64,000 nucleotides of DNA from Octopus vulgaris (Eukaryota), in assembly GCA_951406725.2 (NCBI GenBank), contig OX597819.1, positions 116,126,001-116,190,000 of the forward strand, written 5' to 3'. Within the stretch, counting starts at the first letter, position 1. Every line of letters begins with the position of its first letter. A model generated the notes under the pieces. That model was not told the DNA's origin, searched no databases, and saw only the letters and a program-made list of their open reading frames with translations. Made by a program: the position numbers and the translations under genes. Shown piece by piece: positions 1 to 12,275 of this stretch.

Positions 1-669
1 AGTACTGAAGGCTGATAGCAGTAACCGACGTCAAATTACATCAGACCGTTGGAATCATAAAAATAAGTTTTATCATACCTTCAAAAATTCACGACCCCTT
101 CAATTGTATATATATTATCCCCATCAGAAACATAAAGAAATACTTAATTACATGTAAAATGATTCTAACCACCTTAGGCAGATACTTTCCAAATTGACTG
201 TGAATAACTCATTCAAGTTTTTCTCAAATTTCCCTAGAAGTGTCGAAGATAAGATCTTTTACACTACTGCAGCTTCTAATCTTCCGAACACGAACAAAAT
301 GAGAAAAACAAGAATCACATGGTACTCACCCCGCCTTCAATATCACAGCATTCCGCTGTAGTCAAAGATCGTGTTCAATAGTGGGCTCTATATAGCACTG
401 TAAGTATCCTGAGTTGTACGATGTAGGGCATCAACTTCGGAATTGGCTAGAGCACAGATTACGAGCCAATTCTAGGATTGAGTCTTGGATTATAAAGAAA
501 GAGGATGGAAAACAAAAAAATAAAAAGAAAAACATAATCTCTTAAAGTCTTAAACATTTGATAGTTTATTGAAAACTTGTTACCTAAAGTTACAAGAGAG
601 TAACCCGCTACCGACCTACATTCTGCCAGGAATAACAACGAACCCGAGTCAAATCGTCAATAAATATAA

Positions 670-792
670 TAATAATCCTTTGTACTGTAGGAACAAGGCC
701 TGGAACTTGGAGGAAGGGAATAGTCGATTACATCGACAACAGTATTAAACTTGTACTTAATTTATCAATCCCGAAAGGATGAAAGGCAAAAT
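670..792 (-). mobile_element. Decayed partial SINE (family B, 3' part)
   Basis: Matches the family-B body (tagtcgattacatcgac...tacttaatttatc..cccgaaaggatgaaaggcaaa) seen in the fuller copies at 1340-1683 and 10427-10837. Confidence 0.7.
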
Positions 793-1339
793 CAAAACTT
801 ATTAGATAGTTGAAAAGAAGAGATAGCATCGTCCCGTAGGCTACAGGCAGCAAGCCGCTACGCATGCAAGACACCAGGAATTACAACAAAACCTTTGATA
901 AAAATAATAACAATAACAACAACAATAATAATAATAATTAACTCCGGGCTAAATAACAGGAATGTGCTCTGGGTTAAATAACAACATGAACGTACACTAA
1001 GAAGTTATCTCCAAAAAACGAACTCAATCCAATAAAATCGGTGCGATGGAATGAAAACCTCGCAATATAACCGTGGGAAAAGTTTTGTTAAAACAGAAAC
1101 TAAAAACCAGGAAGGTTTTTTCATATATATAGGGTTGTTTCTTTCTTAAATGCACGATATCTCAGCGCAACATATGCGAGAAGTTGAATCCAGCACCATA
1201 TACAAAGTAAGTACGTAATTTGAATAGTTACCTATACGTGCAACTATTCACGCATCCATGTACACTTGTTAATATTCATAAGCAAGAGAAATAATGCCTA
1301 CACGACACACTACATACACGGAAAACAAAAGAAAAAAGC

Positions 1340-1683
1340 ATCGACCCCAATGATCAACTGGTAAGTACCTTATCGACCCCGAAAGGATGAAAGGCAATGT
1401 CGACCTCGGCAACATTTGAACTCATAACGTAGCGACAAACCAAAAATACCTATTTCTTTAATACCCACAAGGGGCTAAACACAGAGGAAACAAACAAGGA
1501 CAGACAGACTGATTAAGTCGATGACATCGACCCCAGTGCGTAACTGGTACTTAATTTATCGACCCCAAAAGGATGAAAGGTAAAGTCGACCTCGGTGGAA
1601 TTTGAACTCAGAAGGGTAACGGCAGACGAAATACCGCTAAGCATTTCGCCCGGCGTGCTAACGTTTCTGCCAGCTCACCGCCT
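1340..1683 (-). mobile_element. tRNA-derived SINE family B with duplicated body
   Basis: Minus strand reads ggcggtgagctggcagaaacgttagcacgccgggcg..., then B-box-like gagttcaaattcc, then two tandem copies of the body gaggtcgac...cctttcatcc...ggggtcgataa. Same architecture as 10427-10837. Confidence 0.85.
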
Positions 1684-1687
1684 TTCT

Positions 1688-1725
<38 letters not shown>

Positions 1726-1806
1726 ATACTAATACTACGACTACTACTACTACTACTAATAATAACAATGATAATAGTGATGATAATAGTAATAATTGAT
1801 AATAAT
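1688..1806. repeat. (TAC)n/(TAA)n trinucleotide microsatellite
   Basis: Seen directly. Confidence 0.9.
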
Positions 1807-2779
1807 TGAGCAGGAAAAAAGTGTATTCTACGCTTTACGGAAGATACAAACGTTTCAGCAAAAATGCAATAAATACATAAAGTTTAAAGAAACAATGCGC
1901 ACTTCATCTCATCAGTGTTCCGGAAGAAATACAATAACAGATGTTAGAGCTCCAAATATACACATGCTTCGCGCTATGCAAATTACTAACAATTACGCAT
2001 TATGCACGGGACAATTACATATTAATGCAGAGGACAGAAAAATCATAATATGGAATTACGAACAATGCCAGACCTCCCTCAGTTCCAATTAATTACGAGC
2101 AGAAAGAAAGGGTGGGGGAAAGAGAAAACGTAACCTAATTGGAAGAAAAAGTGGAAGGACACCGATCATGCTGATAGATGGTCATTAACCTCGGAATATT
2201 AATCAACCTTAGGTTGGTTTATAAATATACTTTTTAAAATGTTTCATTAAATGTTAGTGTTATTTAAACATTTCTGTCTTAAAAATATGATGCGTCACAT
2301 CCTATGGAAGATAATTACTGAATTGATGGAGAATTAATAGAAGCAAATTTTTAAAATGAAATAACTGGAATTTTGCATCATCTCAGTGATTGATATGCAT
2401 TATGGTGACAAGTTAAAAATTTGCTAAGTACAAGCTGACATACACAAACAAGACACGTACAGATACTCACACACAAGACACGTATACACACAAACACACA
2501 TACATGCATACCCATACACACACACATATGGATATATATTCTAAAACATGAGGAACAATTCCACTAAGGGATATGTGTTTATTTACTCAGAAAACTCACC
2601 AAACAACACAGCCGTGGAAAGCACCATTCCGTAGGAGATATTCAACGTGATTATTCTTTCAAAATGACACATTACAAGAAAAAGAATATTATCTAAAGAC
2701 ATTTTAAAACATTACCGATAAATGTAGACGCAAAGTCACATACGCATTTATGTATATGTTTATGTACACACCAACATAT

Positions 2780-2823
<44 letters not shown>

Positions 2824-2828
<5 letters not shown>

Positions 2829-3361
2829 TCCCAGGTTGATTCGGGGTTAACCACAGTAAGTAAGGTACTCAATACATAGCAGAGTAAAATTAATTTATTA
2901 TATAGAAGGAGCTTCTACAGGACTAGTACTGTTTCATTCAAGAGAAATCTTCAGGAAGCTATTTAACAAGAATTGTATTAGCATTTATACATTTAGAGGA
3001 GTGGTGGTGGGGGACTTTTTGGGGGTAGGCATAGCGCAAAATATCATACTTGGGGGAGTGGTCAAGGTAATAAAAAAATAAAAAAATAAAAAATAAAAAA
3101 ATAAAAAGATAAAATAAAAGAATAAAAATAAAAAATATAAAAAATATAAAAAATATAAAAAATATAAAAAATATAAAAAATATATATATAAAAAAAATAT
3201 ATAAAAAAATATAAAAAAATATATATATAAAATATATATATAAAAAATATATATATAAAAAAAGGGGGGATAGAGTTATAGGTAAATAAGGAGATTCTCA
3301 CTTATACCTATACACACATGTATACGTATCTACACACACATACGCTCATACACATATATCT

Positions 3362-3412
<51 letters not shown>

Positions 3413-3792
3413 CCTACACATACACACGTACATACATACAAATATACATATACATATATATATATATACAATCCAATACAGGCCCATTCCCTAATTTTAA
3501 TTTTATTATCTTCATTTATTACTTTTGTTATCTTTGATCGCTAAGGCTAAGAATCCTGGCAATAGCTGCTTGTCCATTTGTCTGTCTACTAGAAGGCAAG
3601 TACTCATTCCCGCACGCACACTCATTAGCACGTACATTCACCCATTCGTACACTCATACACATACACGTACGCACGCGTTATATTCATACATACAAACAT
3701 CTACATACGTTCACGTATATACACATACGTACTCGTACCCACAGATTCGTGTCTACACTTTAGGAGGCTAGTCTATACATATACACCAATAA

Positions 3793-3824
<32 letters not shown>

Positions 3825-3875
3825 CCGCATATACATACACACACACACATATATACTCCTACATACAGATACATA

Positions 3876-3923
<48 letters not shown>

Positions 3924-4101
3924 TATATATATACATATATACACATACATACACATACACACACATACATACACATATATATACATACACAAACATATAT
4001 ACACACACATATATATACATACACACATACACACATACATACGTATACATACATACATCCATCTATACATGCATTTATACGCATACACACACCCATCTAT
4101 A

Positions 4102-4138
<37 letters not shown>

Positions 4139-4425
4139 TCACACATACATATACAAATCTACGCACACACATACATACATACACGTATACGCATACACGC
4201 ACATACACATATACATGCGTACCCATACACGTGCACACACGCACGCGCATCCATATAAATACACACACACACATATATATATACACATATACACGTGTGC
4301 AAGCATACATACATACTCATACGCGCACACATACTTACAAATACATATATGCACACACTTACACACATATATATACATACACATATACATGCATACATAC
4401 ATATATGCATACATACACACACGCA

Positions 4426-4479
<54 letters not shown>

Positions 4480-5106
4480 TACATACATAGACACATATAC
4501 ACATACATACACATACACATACGTACACACACATATACACATATATATATATACATATATATATATATACACATATACGCATACATATATACACATATAC
4601 ATACATATACATACACACACACATACATATATACATATACACTGATACACATACCCATACATACACATGCATATACTTATATTACTACATACTCACATAT
4701 ATAGACATATATACATATACACACATACATATATACATGTACATACACATACGCATGCATATATATATATATATACATACATATATATACACACATATAT
4801 ATATATATATATATACATACATACACACACACACACACATACATATACACATATACATGTATACATACGCAAAAATGATACGCATATATACACATACACA
4901 CACACAGACAGATGCATATACATACATATATATATATATAAACTACATATCTATATAAATACATACATAATACACATATACACACACATATATATACATT
5001 CATGCATATACATATACAAGTATACATACACAAACATACACACACACGCGCACACATACATATACACACACACATATACAAATACATACATACACACATA
5101 CACACG

Positions 5107-5137
<31 letters not shown>

Positions 5138-5390
5138 ATACATGTACACATATACATATGTATATATATATCAACAAGGGGGTAAAGTTAATTAGTTATT
5201 AATCAATTTCATCAAGTGTTCAGTATGTAAAGGGACCATTATTATTTTGAGTAAACAATGTTAGAGGGAAAAAAATTCTCTAAGTAGTGGAAGAGGCTAA
5301 AAAACTTTATTGGCTGCTATTTCTAGAAAGTTTAGTATGTGGCAAAGTAATTTATTTTATTTTCCTAAGCCCTAATTATATAATATTTTA
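2824..5390 (-). mobile_element. Non-autonomous Penelope-pLTR/retrozyme-like element with hammerhead and a microsatellite-filled interior
   Basis: Starts at the edge of a (TA)n tract. 2824-3310 and the ccctaattttaatttt block near 3489 are homologous to 26890-27215 and ~27740. It carries a minimal HHR followed (minus strand) by AATAAA, and the interior is degenerate (CA/TA)n. The right boundary is approximate. Confidence 0.6.
2910..2960 (-). ncRNA. Minimal type I hammerhead ribozyme motif (PLE-type)
   Basis: Minus strand: AGCUUC-CUGAAGA-u-UUC-ucuu-GAA-u-GAAA-CAG-uacuaguc-CUG-UA-GAAGCU. Helix I is agcuuc/gaagcu, helix III is Acag/cugU with a palindromic ACUAGU loop, and the triplet is GUA. Confidence 0.8.
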
Positions 5391-5541
5391 TACATACATA
5401 CACATACATAAGCACATACATTTACACATACATATGCATATACATATATACACATATACATACAAACACATATACACATATACACACACACACACATACA
5501 AGCACATACATATATATATACATATATATACACATATATAT

Positions 5542-5589
<48 letters not shown>

Positions 5590-5814
5590 GAGTACTTGCC
5601 TATATATGAGTACTTGCAAATGAGTACTTGCCTTCTAGTAGACAGACAAATGGACAAGCAGCTATTGCCAGGATTCTTAGCCTTAGCGATCAAAGATAAC
5701 AAAAGTAATAAATGAAGATAATAAAATTAAAATTAGGGAATGGGCCTGTATTGGATTGTATATATATATATATGTATATGTATATTTGTATGTATGTACG
5801 TGTGTATGTGTAGG

Positions 5815-5865
<51 letters not shown>

Positions 5866-6266
5866 AGATATATGTGTATGAGCGTATGTGTGTGTAGATA
5901 CGTATACATGTGTGTATAGGTATAAGTGAGAATCTCCTTATTTACCTATAACTCTATCCCCCCTTTTTTTATATATATATTTTTTATATATATATTTTAT
6001 ATATATATTTTTTTATATTTTTTTATATATTTTTTTTATATATATATTTTTTATATTTTTTATATTTTTTATATTTTTTATATTTTTTATATTTTTTATT
6101 TTTATTCTTTTATTTTATCTTTTTATTTTTTTATTTTTTATTTTTTTATTTTTTTATTACCTTGACCACTCCCCCAAGTATGATATTTTGCGCTATGCCT
6201 ACCCCCAAAAAGTCCCCCACCACCACTCCTCTAAATGTATAAATGCTAATACAATTCTTGTTAAAT

Positions 6267-6317
6267 AGCTTCCTGAAGATTTCTCTTGAATGAAACAGTA
6301 CTAGTCCTGTAGAAGCT
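6267..6317 (+). ncRNA. Minimal type I hammerhead ribozyme motif (inverted copy of 2910-2960)
   Basis: agcttc CTGAAGA tttctcttgaat GAAA cagtactagtcctg TA gaagct, followed by AATAAA near 6328. Confidence 0.8.
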
Positions 6318-6332
6318 CCTTCTATATAATAA

Positions 6333-6401
<69 letters not shown>

Positions 6402-6466
6402 TACGGGTGTGTGTGATTGTGTATAGAGAGAGAGAGATACGGGTGTGTGTGATTGTGTATAGAAGA

Positions 6467-6877
6467 ATATATTAATAAAAGGAATTCCAACCTAGTCTGA
6501 TTTTCACGTTTTATTTACAACCTTATAATGATATAATATAAGATATAATAGAATAAAATAAAATAGTAGAATGTTAAATGTTCGTTCTGATGGAACTAGT
6601 ACTTTCATGCATTAAATTATGCAATCTTCGGGTTCATGTAGTAGTGGTGACAGTCATGCTTCACAATTTTTGACTGTCAAAAATTGTGAAGCATGACTGT
6701 CACCACTACTACATGAACCCGAAGATTGCATAATTTAATGCATGAAAGTACTAGTTCCATCAGAACGAACATTTAACATTCTACTATTTTATTTTATTCT
6801 ATTATATCTTATATTATATCATTATAAGGTTGTAAATAAAACGTGAAAATCAGACTAGGTTGGAATTCCTTTTATTA

Positions 6878-6883
<6 letters not shown>
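6467..6883. repeat. Perfect palindrome, 208-bp arms with a 1-nt spacer (centre 6675)
   Basis: Centre reads ...aatttttgac-t-gtcaaaaatt...; the coordinate sum of 13350 was verified at the centre and at the outer ends. The right end runs into (TA)n. Confidence 0.95.
6713..6760 (+). ncRNA. Minimal hammerhead-like motif with U4C variant core (mirror copy at 6590-6637, minus strand)
   Basis: GAAC-CCGAAGA-t-TGCAT-aattta-ATGCA-t-GAAA-GTAC-TA-GTTC. Helix I is gaac/gttc, helix II has 5 bp, and helix III is reduced to the palindrome AGTACT, as in PLE minimal HHRs. Confidence 0.65.
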
Positions 6884-6948
<65 letters not shown>

Positions 6949-7256
6949 GTATATACATATATGCCTAAGGTTCTGGTAGGTTGTAAAGTTAGGTTGTATT
7001 CTCCAGGGAAGTACTCGACCCGAATACTGGGCTTTCAAACCGTCGGGTTCAGGGCCAACGACCGAATTTCTCACGTGTTGAAAATCCAAATTTCACGATG
7101 GTCACACCGTAAAGTGGGTTTAGCAAAGAGTAAATAAGCCAAAGGATGAGAAGAAGACAAGTGTCAAGTGGCGTTGCAAATAGAGTTGATAGATAGACAA
7201 TTGTAACGTATCGAATCATTAAGGATGTATTAAAGAATTGTCTTTATCTTCTAATC

Positions 7257-7327
<71 letters not shown>

Positions 7328-8769
7328 TAATAAAGGGTTTTTTGCAACAAGTTGCTTAAACCACATACTGGAAATCTTAGAAATAGCAGTCAAAGGGCTA
7401 GTATTACTATTTCTACAAAAGTGAGTCTCCACAAACAACAGTATTTGTAACTCATATATGGTAAAAAGAAGGAAGACAATGAAATCACACAGTCTACTGG
7501 ATTAATTATGGACGATCGTTTCTGGATTAGAATCGTAAAGTTCATTTCCTTATCAACATAATATTTCCCATAAATCTAGAAATGCTAGGAAAAAGTTACC
7601 TTTTATATATTCGATCAAGTGCAGCATATCCACATTTATATAGACAAGCGAATTCGTATCTCCCTCCCAAAATTTCACCACGTGAGTCACAAAAACAGTA
7701 CTGTATGTATGTTTGTGTGTGTAAGTACAAATATTCACACATATGTACATATTTGCCGGAGATGTTTAGATTACATGTGATATATTCTCACAGCCCATAA
7801 ATTATCGGATCTTAATTCGATATAAACTAAGGTAAGTACCTACAATTTAGCATGATACTATTTAACGAAGATTATTGTATACAGATAAAGTGAGGAGTAG
7901 AAAATTACAAAATGAGTTCGCTTTTAAATATTCGATTTGATTTGAAAAAAAAATTAATAACATTAACTGAAATTTTCATCAACATGTATTCTGTTTTTCA
8001 TGTATAATTTCCTTTCTTGATGCTTTATTTATAAATTCTTGAATTTCAATTTGTATATTTAATTATAAATGTAATTCGATTTTAAATATCTGAAAATCTT
8101 TCGTTCACTAAATTAGATGGAAAATGACATCTTTGGAAATTGATATCCGGTTTTAAGATGCACTCAACACTCCGAGATATGCCAGCTCATTGAGATGAAA
8201 AGAAAGATGTAGGGCACGCTATATGTTATCTTCCGTATGAGAGTGAGCTCTGTATTATTTGTATTAGTGAAAAATAGAATAACCCGACGACTGTTAGAAT
8301 GTCTGTCAAAATGCCTGAGTTCCATTTCCGCCAGGGTCTATGGTATCTACTAACTCTCTTAACTAAAAATTGCTGGTTTTGTACCAAAATTTAAAACCAG
8401 TATGGAAGCAAGCTTACAATATCGTGAGTGCATTGGGAAAAATGCTTGGTACAATTTCTTCCGGTACTTCCAGTTCTGAGGTCTGGTTCCACTGAGGTCG
8501 ACTTTGTATCTTTCATCTACTGAAACCGAGGTAATCTACTTGTACCCTCTAAAAGTTGCTGGCATTGTGCCAATATTTGAAACTTCTATTAGGAAGCAAA
8601 TAATACCGGTTTCAAAAAAGTAGATTAAGGTTATTTTTTAGTAGGAGGACATCTATGACTGAGGGGCACATAATGAAAATTATTCCAACCGCTGAAACCC
8701 CGTCTGCTTGGGTTGCGTAGAACTACTTCTCCTAAATCAGAGATGGAGAATCTGCGACCTTCGAGGTCG

Positions 8770-9860
8770 TTGTGTTGTGTGCGGCCTTCTGAACGCTACC
8801 AGATTACGTCAGCAAAATTTCTTAATTCTATTAATAATTTACCGGTTAGACCTAAAAGAAACATACCGTAAATAATATACGAGTAAGAGACGATTAGTTA
8901 TGCTATTTTTCTTGACATGACACAATTAAGAAAGTTATAAGGACTATTTTGACATTTTATAAGCTCATTAGTTAGCTCTGGAATATGTTGACGAGCGTTA
9001 ACTCCCGCATCTTACTGGTATTACTACCACTCTATCATGCCAAAACAAAATCACTTGCATATTTATTTGAAGGGTAAAAGAAAATCTGTTTTCTGATGTG
9101 ACAAAAAATTCAAGTATATCGAAAAAAGCTATCTTTTTGGAAAGATCTTCTTCATAATGAAATTTGATATGTACACTTTTCCCAGCTAGCTAAAGTCATT
9201 TATTACCATGAAAATTCGTATGAATCCGTCGATGAATATGCAGGTGTTCTCCATTAATTAGTTGAAGTATACAGTGAAAGGTTCACTGACTTTGAGAAAC
9301 ATGATATTATACTCAAACTAATGTTTCAATCGCATATAGTTTATGCCTGCAAGGCTCCTAAAGAGTTTCAGATGGAATTAAACGAGCTCACAGAAGATGA
9401 CATTTGAAAGCCATTATTTAACCCCCCCAAAATATCAAGTTGAAGTATGGAAAAATGCTGTAGAATGCTCACAAATTTGTCAACATGCAGGAAGGATGCT
9501 TTCCTGCTTCGCTACGATATATTGCTGTGAATTTACATTTTCATACTTAAACGAAATCAAGACTGCCTGAAGGTTGCAAATTACGGACGCCCTTCTAAAA
9601 GATCAGCTTAAACTGCGAACCTCGATGCTACAACCAAACGTTGTAATGCTTCCAAACAAAAGAATAGCAACATATTAGTCATTGAAAACTGAGTCCCGTT
9701 TAGAATTAAATATTTAAAAAATACTTTTCAAATTAGATATTACTCTTTAGTACTATGATTCATTAGAAAATATGGATTTAAAAAATAATAATGAAATTTT
9801 CTGTTGCGGCCTTGTTAAATTACGATTAAACACAATGCAGCCTCCCAACTTAAAAAAATT
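8770..9860 (+). mobile_element. Decayed hAT (Charlie/Buster/SPIN-like) transposon with transposase C-terminal remnant
   Basis: From 9481 it translates as QHAGRMLSCFATIYCCEFTFSYLNEIKTA*RLQITDALLKDQLKLR, the hAT dimerisation-domain pattern (FxTTYxCExxFS..IKT..R..LTD). Multiple stops; tgcggcc subterminal motifs near 8780 and 9806. Boundaries approximate. Confidence 0.75.
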
Positions 9861-10009
9861 CACTTTCTATGTCTTAAAAGTTTTTTTCTTATATAAAGTA
9901 GCAGATTAGCAACTTAATAGCCTAATCAAACGAATCTAGCTCGTGAAGCACGAAAAAAGGGAACATATATAAGTGCATATTCATACATACATACATACAT
10001 ACATACCCC

Positions 10010-10055
<46 letters not shown>

Positions 10056-10426
10056 CCACAGACAAAGCACATTTTCCAGTGCAGCGCTCAACCAGAATTT
10101 TAGTCATTTACACTCTTGGAATATAGTCGTAATGACTACAGTCGTATGATTATGCATGCTATATCCTGCCTTGTATTCTGGTAAGCCTGAAGGTGATGAT
10201 GACTTTAGATATGGCTGATATTTCTAGCAAAGCATCTGGCTACATTTTGCATGTTGTTGTAGATATTACTATTGTTTTAAACCCAGATCACTTATGCCAA
10301 ACAGAGTATGTAACAAAAGCCTTCAAAAAATGAATATTCAATCGATAAATATATGTAGGAAGGTCTTCATTATCTAATGTGTCGTTCCCTTTTGGTAGAT
10401 TTTCGTGTATGTTTCGAAGCAGATTT

Positions 10427-10837
10427 GGCGGCAGGTTGGCAGTAACGTTAGCACGCAGGGAGAAATGCTTACCGGTATTTCGTCTGCCGCTACGTTCTGA
10501 GTTCAAATTACACCGAGGTCGACTTTGCCTTTCATCCATTCGGGGTCTATTAAATAACTACCAGTTACGGAGTGGGGTCGATATAATCGACTTAATCCGT
10601 TTGTCTATCCTTGTTTGTCCTCTCTGTGTTTAGCCCCTTGTGTGGAGTAAAGAAATAGGTATTTCATCTGCCGCTACGTTCTGACTTCAAATGTTGCCGA
10701 GGTCGACTTTGCCTTTCATCCTTTCGGAGTCGATAAAATAAGTACCAGTTACTCACTGGGGTCGATGTAATCCATTTAATCTTTTTGTCCTTGTTTCTCC
10801 CCTCTATGTTTAGCCCCTTGTGCGCCATAAATAAATA
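10427..10837 (+). mobile_element. tRNA-derived SINE family B, dimeric body, 21-bp TSD
   Basis: A-box/B-box-like head; body repeated at ~10474-10658 and ~10659-10837; flanked by gtatgtttcgaagcagatttg at 10407-10427 and 10838-10858. Confidence 0.9.
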
Positions 10838-11845
10838 GTATGTTTCGAAGCAGATTTGCCTGCTAATTTTTGTAACTCGAGTGATCGCGTACCATCTACT
10901 TCAGTGGCTTCTCTTTATATTTTTATTTTCATATTCTTAAAGAAGCGCAGAAAGGCAGATATACAGGGGAATCTGAAAAAAAAGAAGGAAAATATTGAAG
11001 ACAGTTCGTACAACATAAGCTAGTTTCATTTGTAAGATCCAATCTTATTAACATAATCTTGAATATTCTGTTTACTTACTATTAGATAATATGTTGTATA
11101 GATAAGAAATGAAACCTTCATCAAATGACAATGGTACACTAAGAAATATTATGAGATATATGGAGTTCTGTTCAAGCGGATTTTGGATTAGTGAGTGCAG
11201 ATAATATAATGACATTGTTATCTTCTCCATATTTTAACATGCTCTTGTTTTAATTCTCCATGACTGTGATATACCACTGAACACTGATTGATTCCAAAAG
11301 TAAATTTCCTTCTCGGATGCAAATTCAATTTTCCACAAATAATACAGGATATTCAACAGGATAACATTTTAGAGTGATTGTGCGTAATATTGGCTACAAT
11401 CTGCTTGCCGTTGAAATTGTTGGCCAAATTTATTTTTCAAAAACTAACGAATATCATACAGAAAAATTGAAATAAAACATATTTGATAAATTAGAAAAAT
11501 ACATCATTAATTTACCTCTCTCCGAATCATTTTAAATAATTATTATTATAGAAAAATTTTAAAAAAAATTAATTCGATATGATGAATAGATCCTGTTGAT
11601 TATTCAATGTTATTTACATAAAAAATGCGTTTATGATTTTAATTCCATACATTAGAAAAATAATCCTAACAAATTCTGAATTAAAATCAATGATTACGAC
11701 TTATTCTGTTCTATCATCAACGGATGCAATATGAATTTTAAAAATACTTCACAATGTATAGACACACGCACGCATGCAGTCCGAGAATATTTCTGTATGT
11801 CTCTGTAAGCCTTGTCTGTCGGTTAGTCTGGATATCCGTCGCCCA

Positions 11846-11851
11846 TGTATG

Positions 11852-11883
<32 letters not shown>

Positions 11884-12162
11884 TGTATGTATGTATGTAT
11901 GTATGTATGTATGTATGTATGTATGTATGTATGTATGTAGGCATGCATGTATGCATGTATGTATGTATTTTTATATAATGTACATATATGTGTGTATAAA
12001 TATATGTACACACACACACACGCACGCACACACATATATATATATATATGTATATATGTACACATAAATATGTACCTGTATATATATATATGTATGTATA
12101 TATATATATATATATATATAAAATGTAAATATATATATGCGTGTATATATATGTATATATAT

Positions 12163-12231
<69 letters not shown>

Positions 12232-12275
12232 AAATGTAAATATATTTATATTTGTACGCGTGTAGGTGTGTATAC
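11846..12275. repeat. (TATG)n/(CA)n/(TA)n compound microsatellite
   Basis: Seen directly. Confidence 0.9.

Larger units (their letters stand above)
2893..6334. repeat. 716-bp inverted repeat (arms 2893-3608 and 5619-6334)
   Basis: Identical 79-aa pseudo-ORFs at 3062-3301(-) and 5926-6165(+). The coordinate sum of 9227 holds at both the inner and outer boundaries, which I checked base by base. Confidence 0.95.

Noticed and set aside
3525-5715. Long H/T/Y/I- or C/V/Y/M-rich ORFs (also at 11.7-12.3, 25.4-25.8, 27-29.9, 33.8-34.9 and 38.4-39 kb)
   Set aside because: These are translations of (CA)n/(TA)n repeats, which lack stop codons in most frames.
7505-7640. Minus-strand GAAA-CGATCG-TC, a hammerhead 3' half with palindromic helix III
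   Set aside because: I found no CUGAnGA partner at the expected upstream position, so it is at most a truncated relic.
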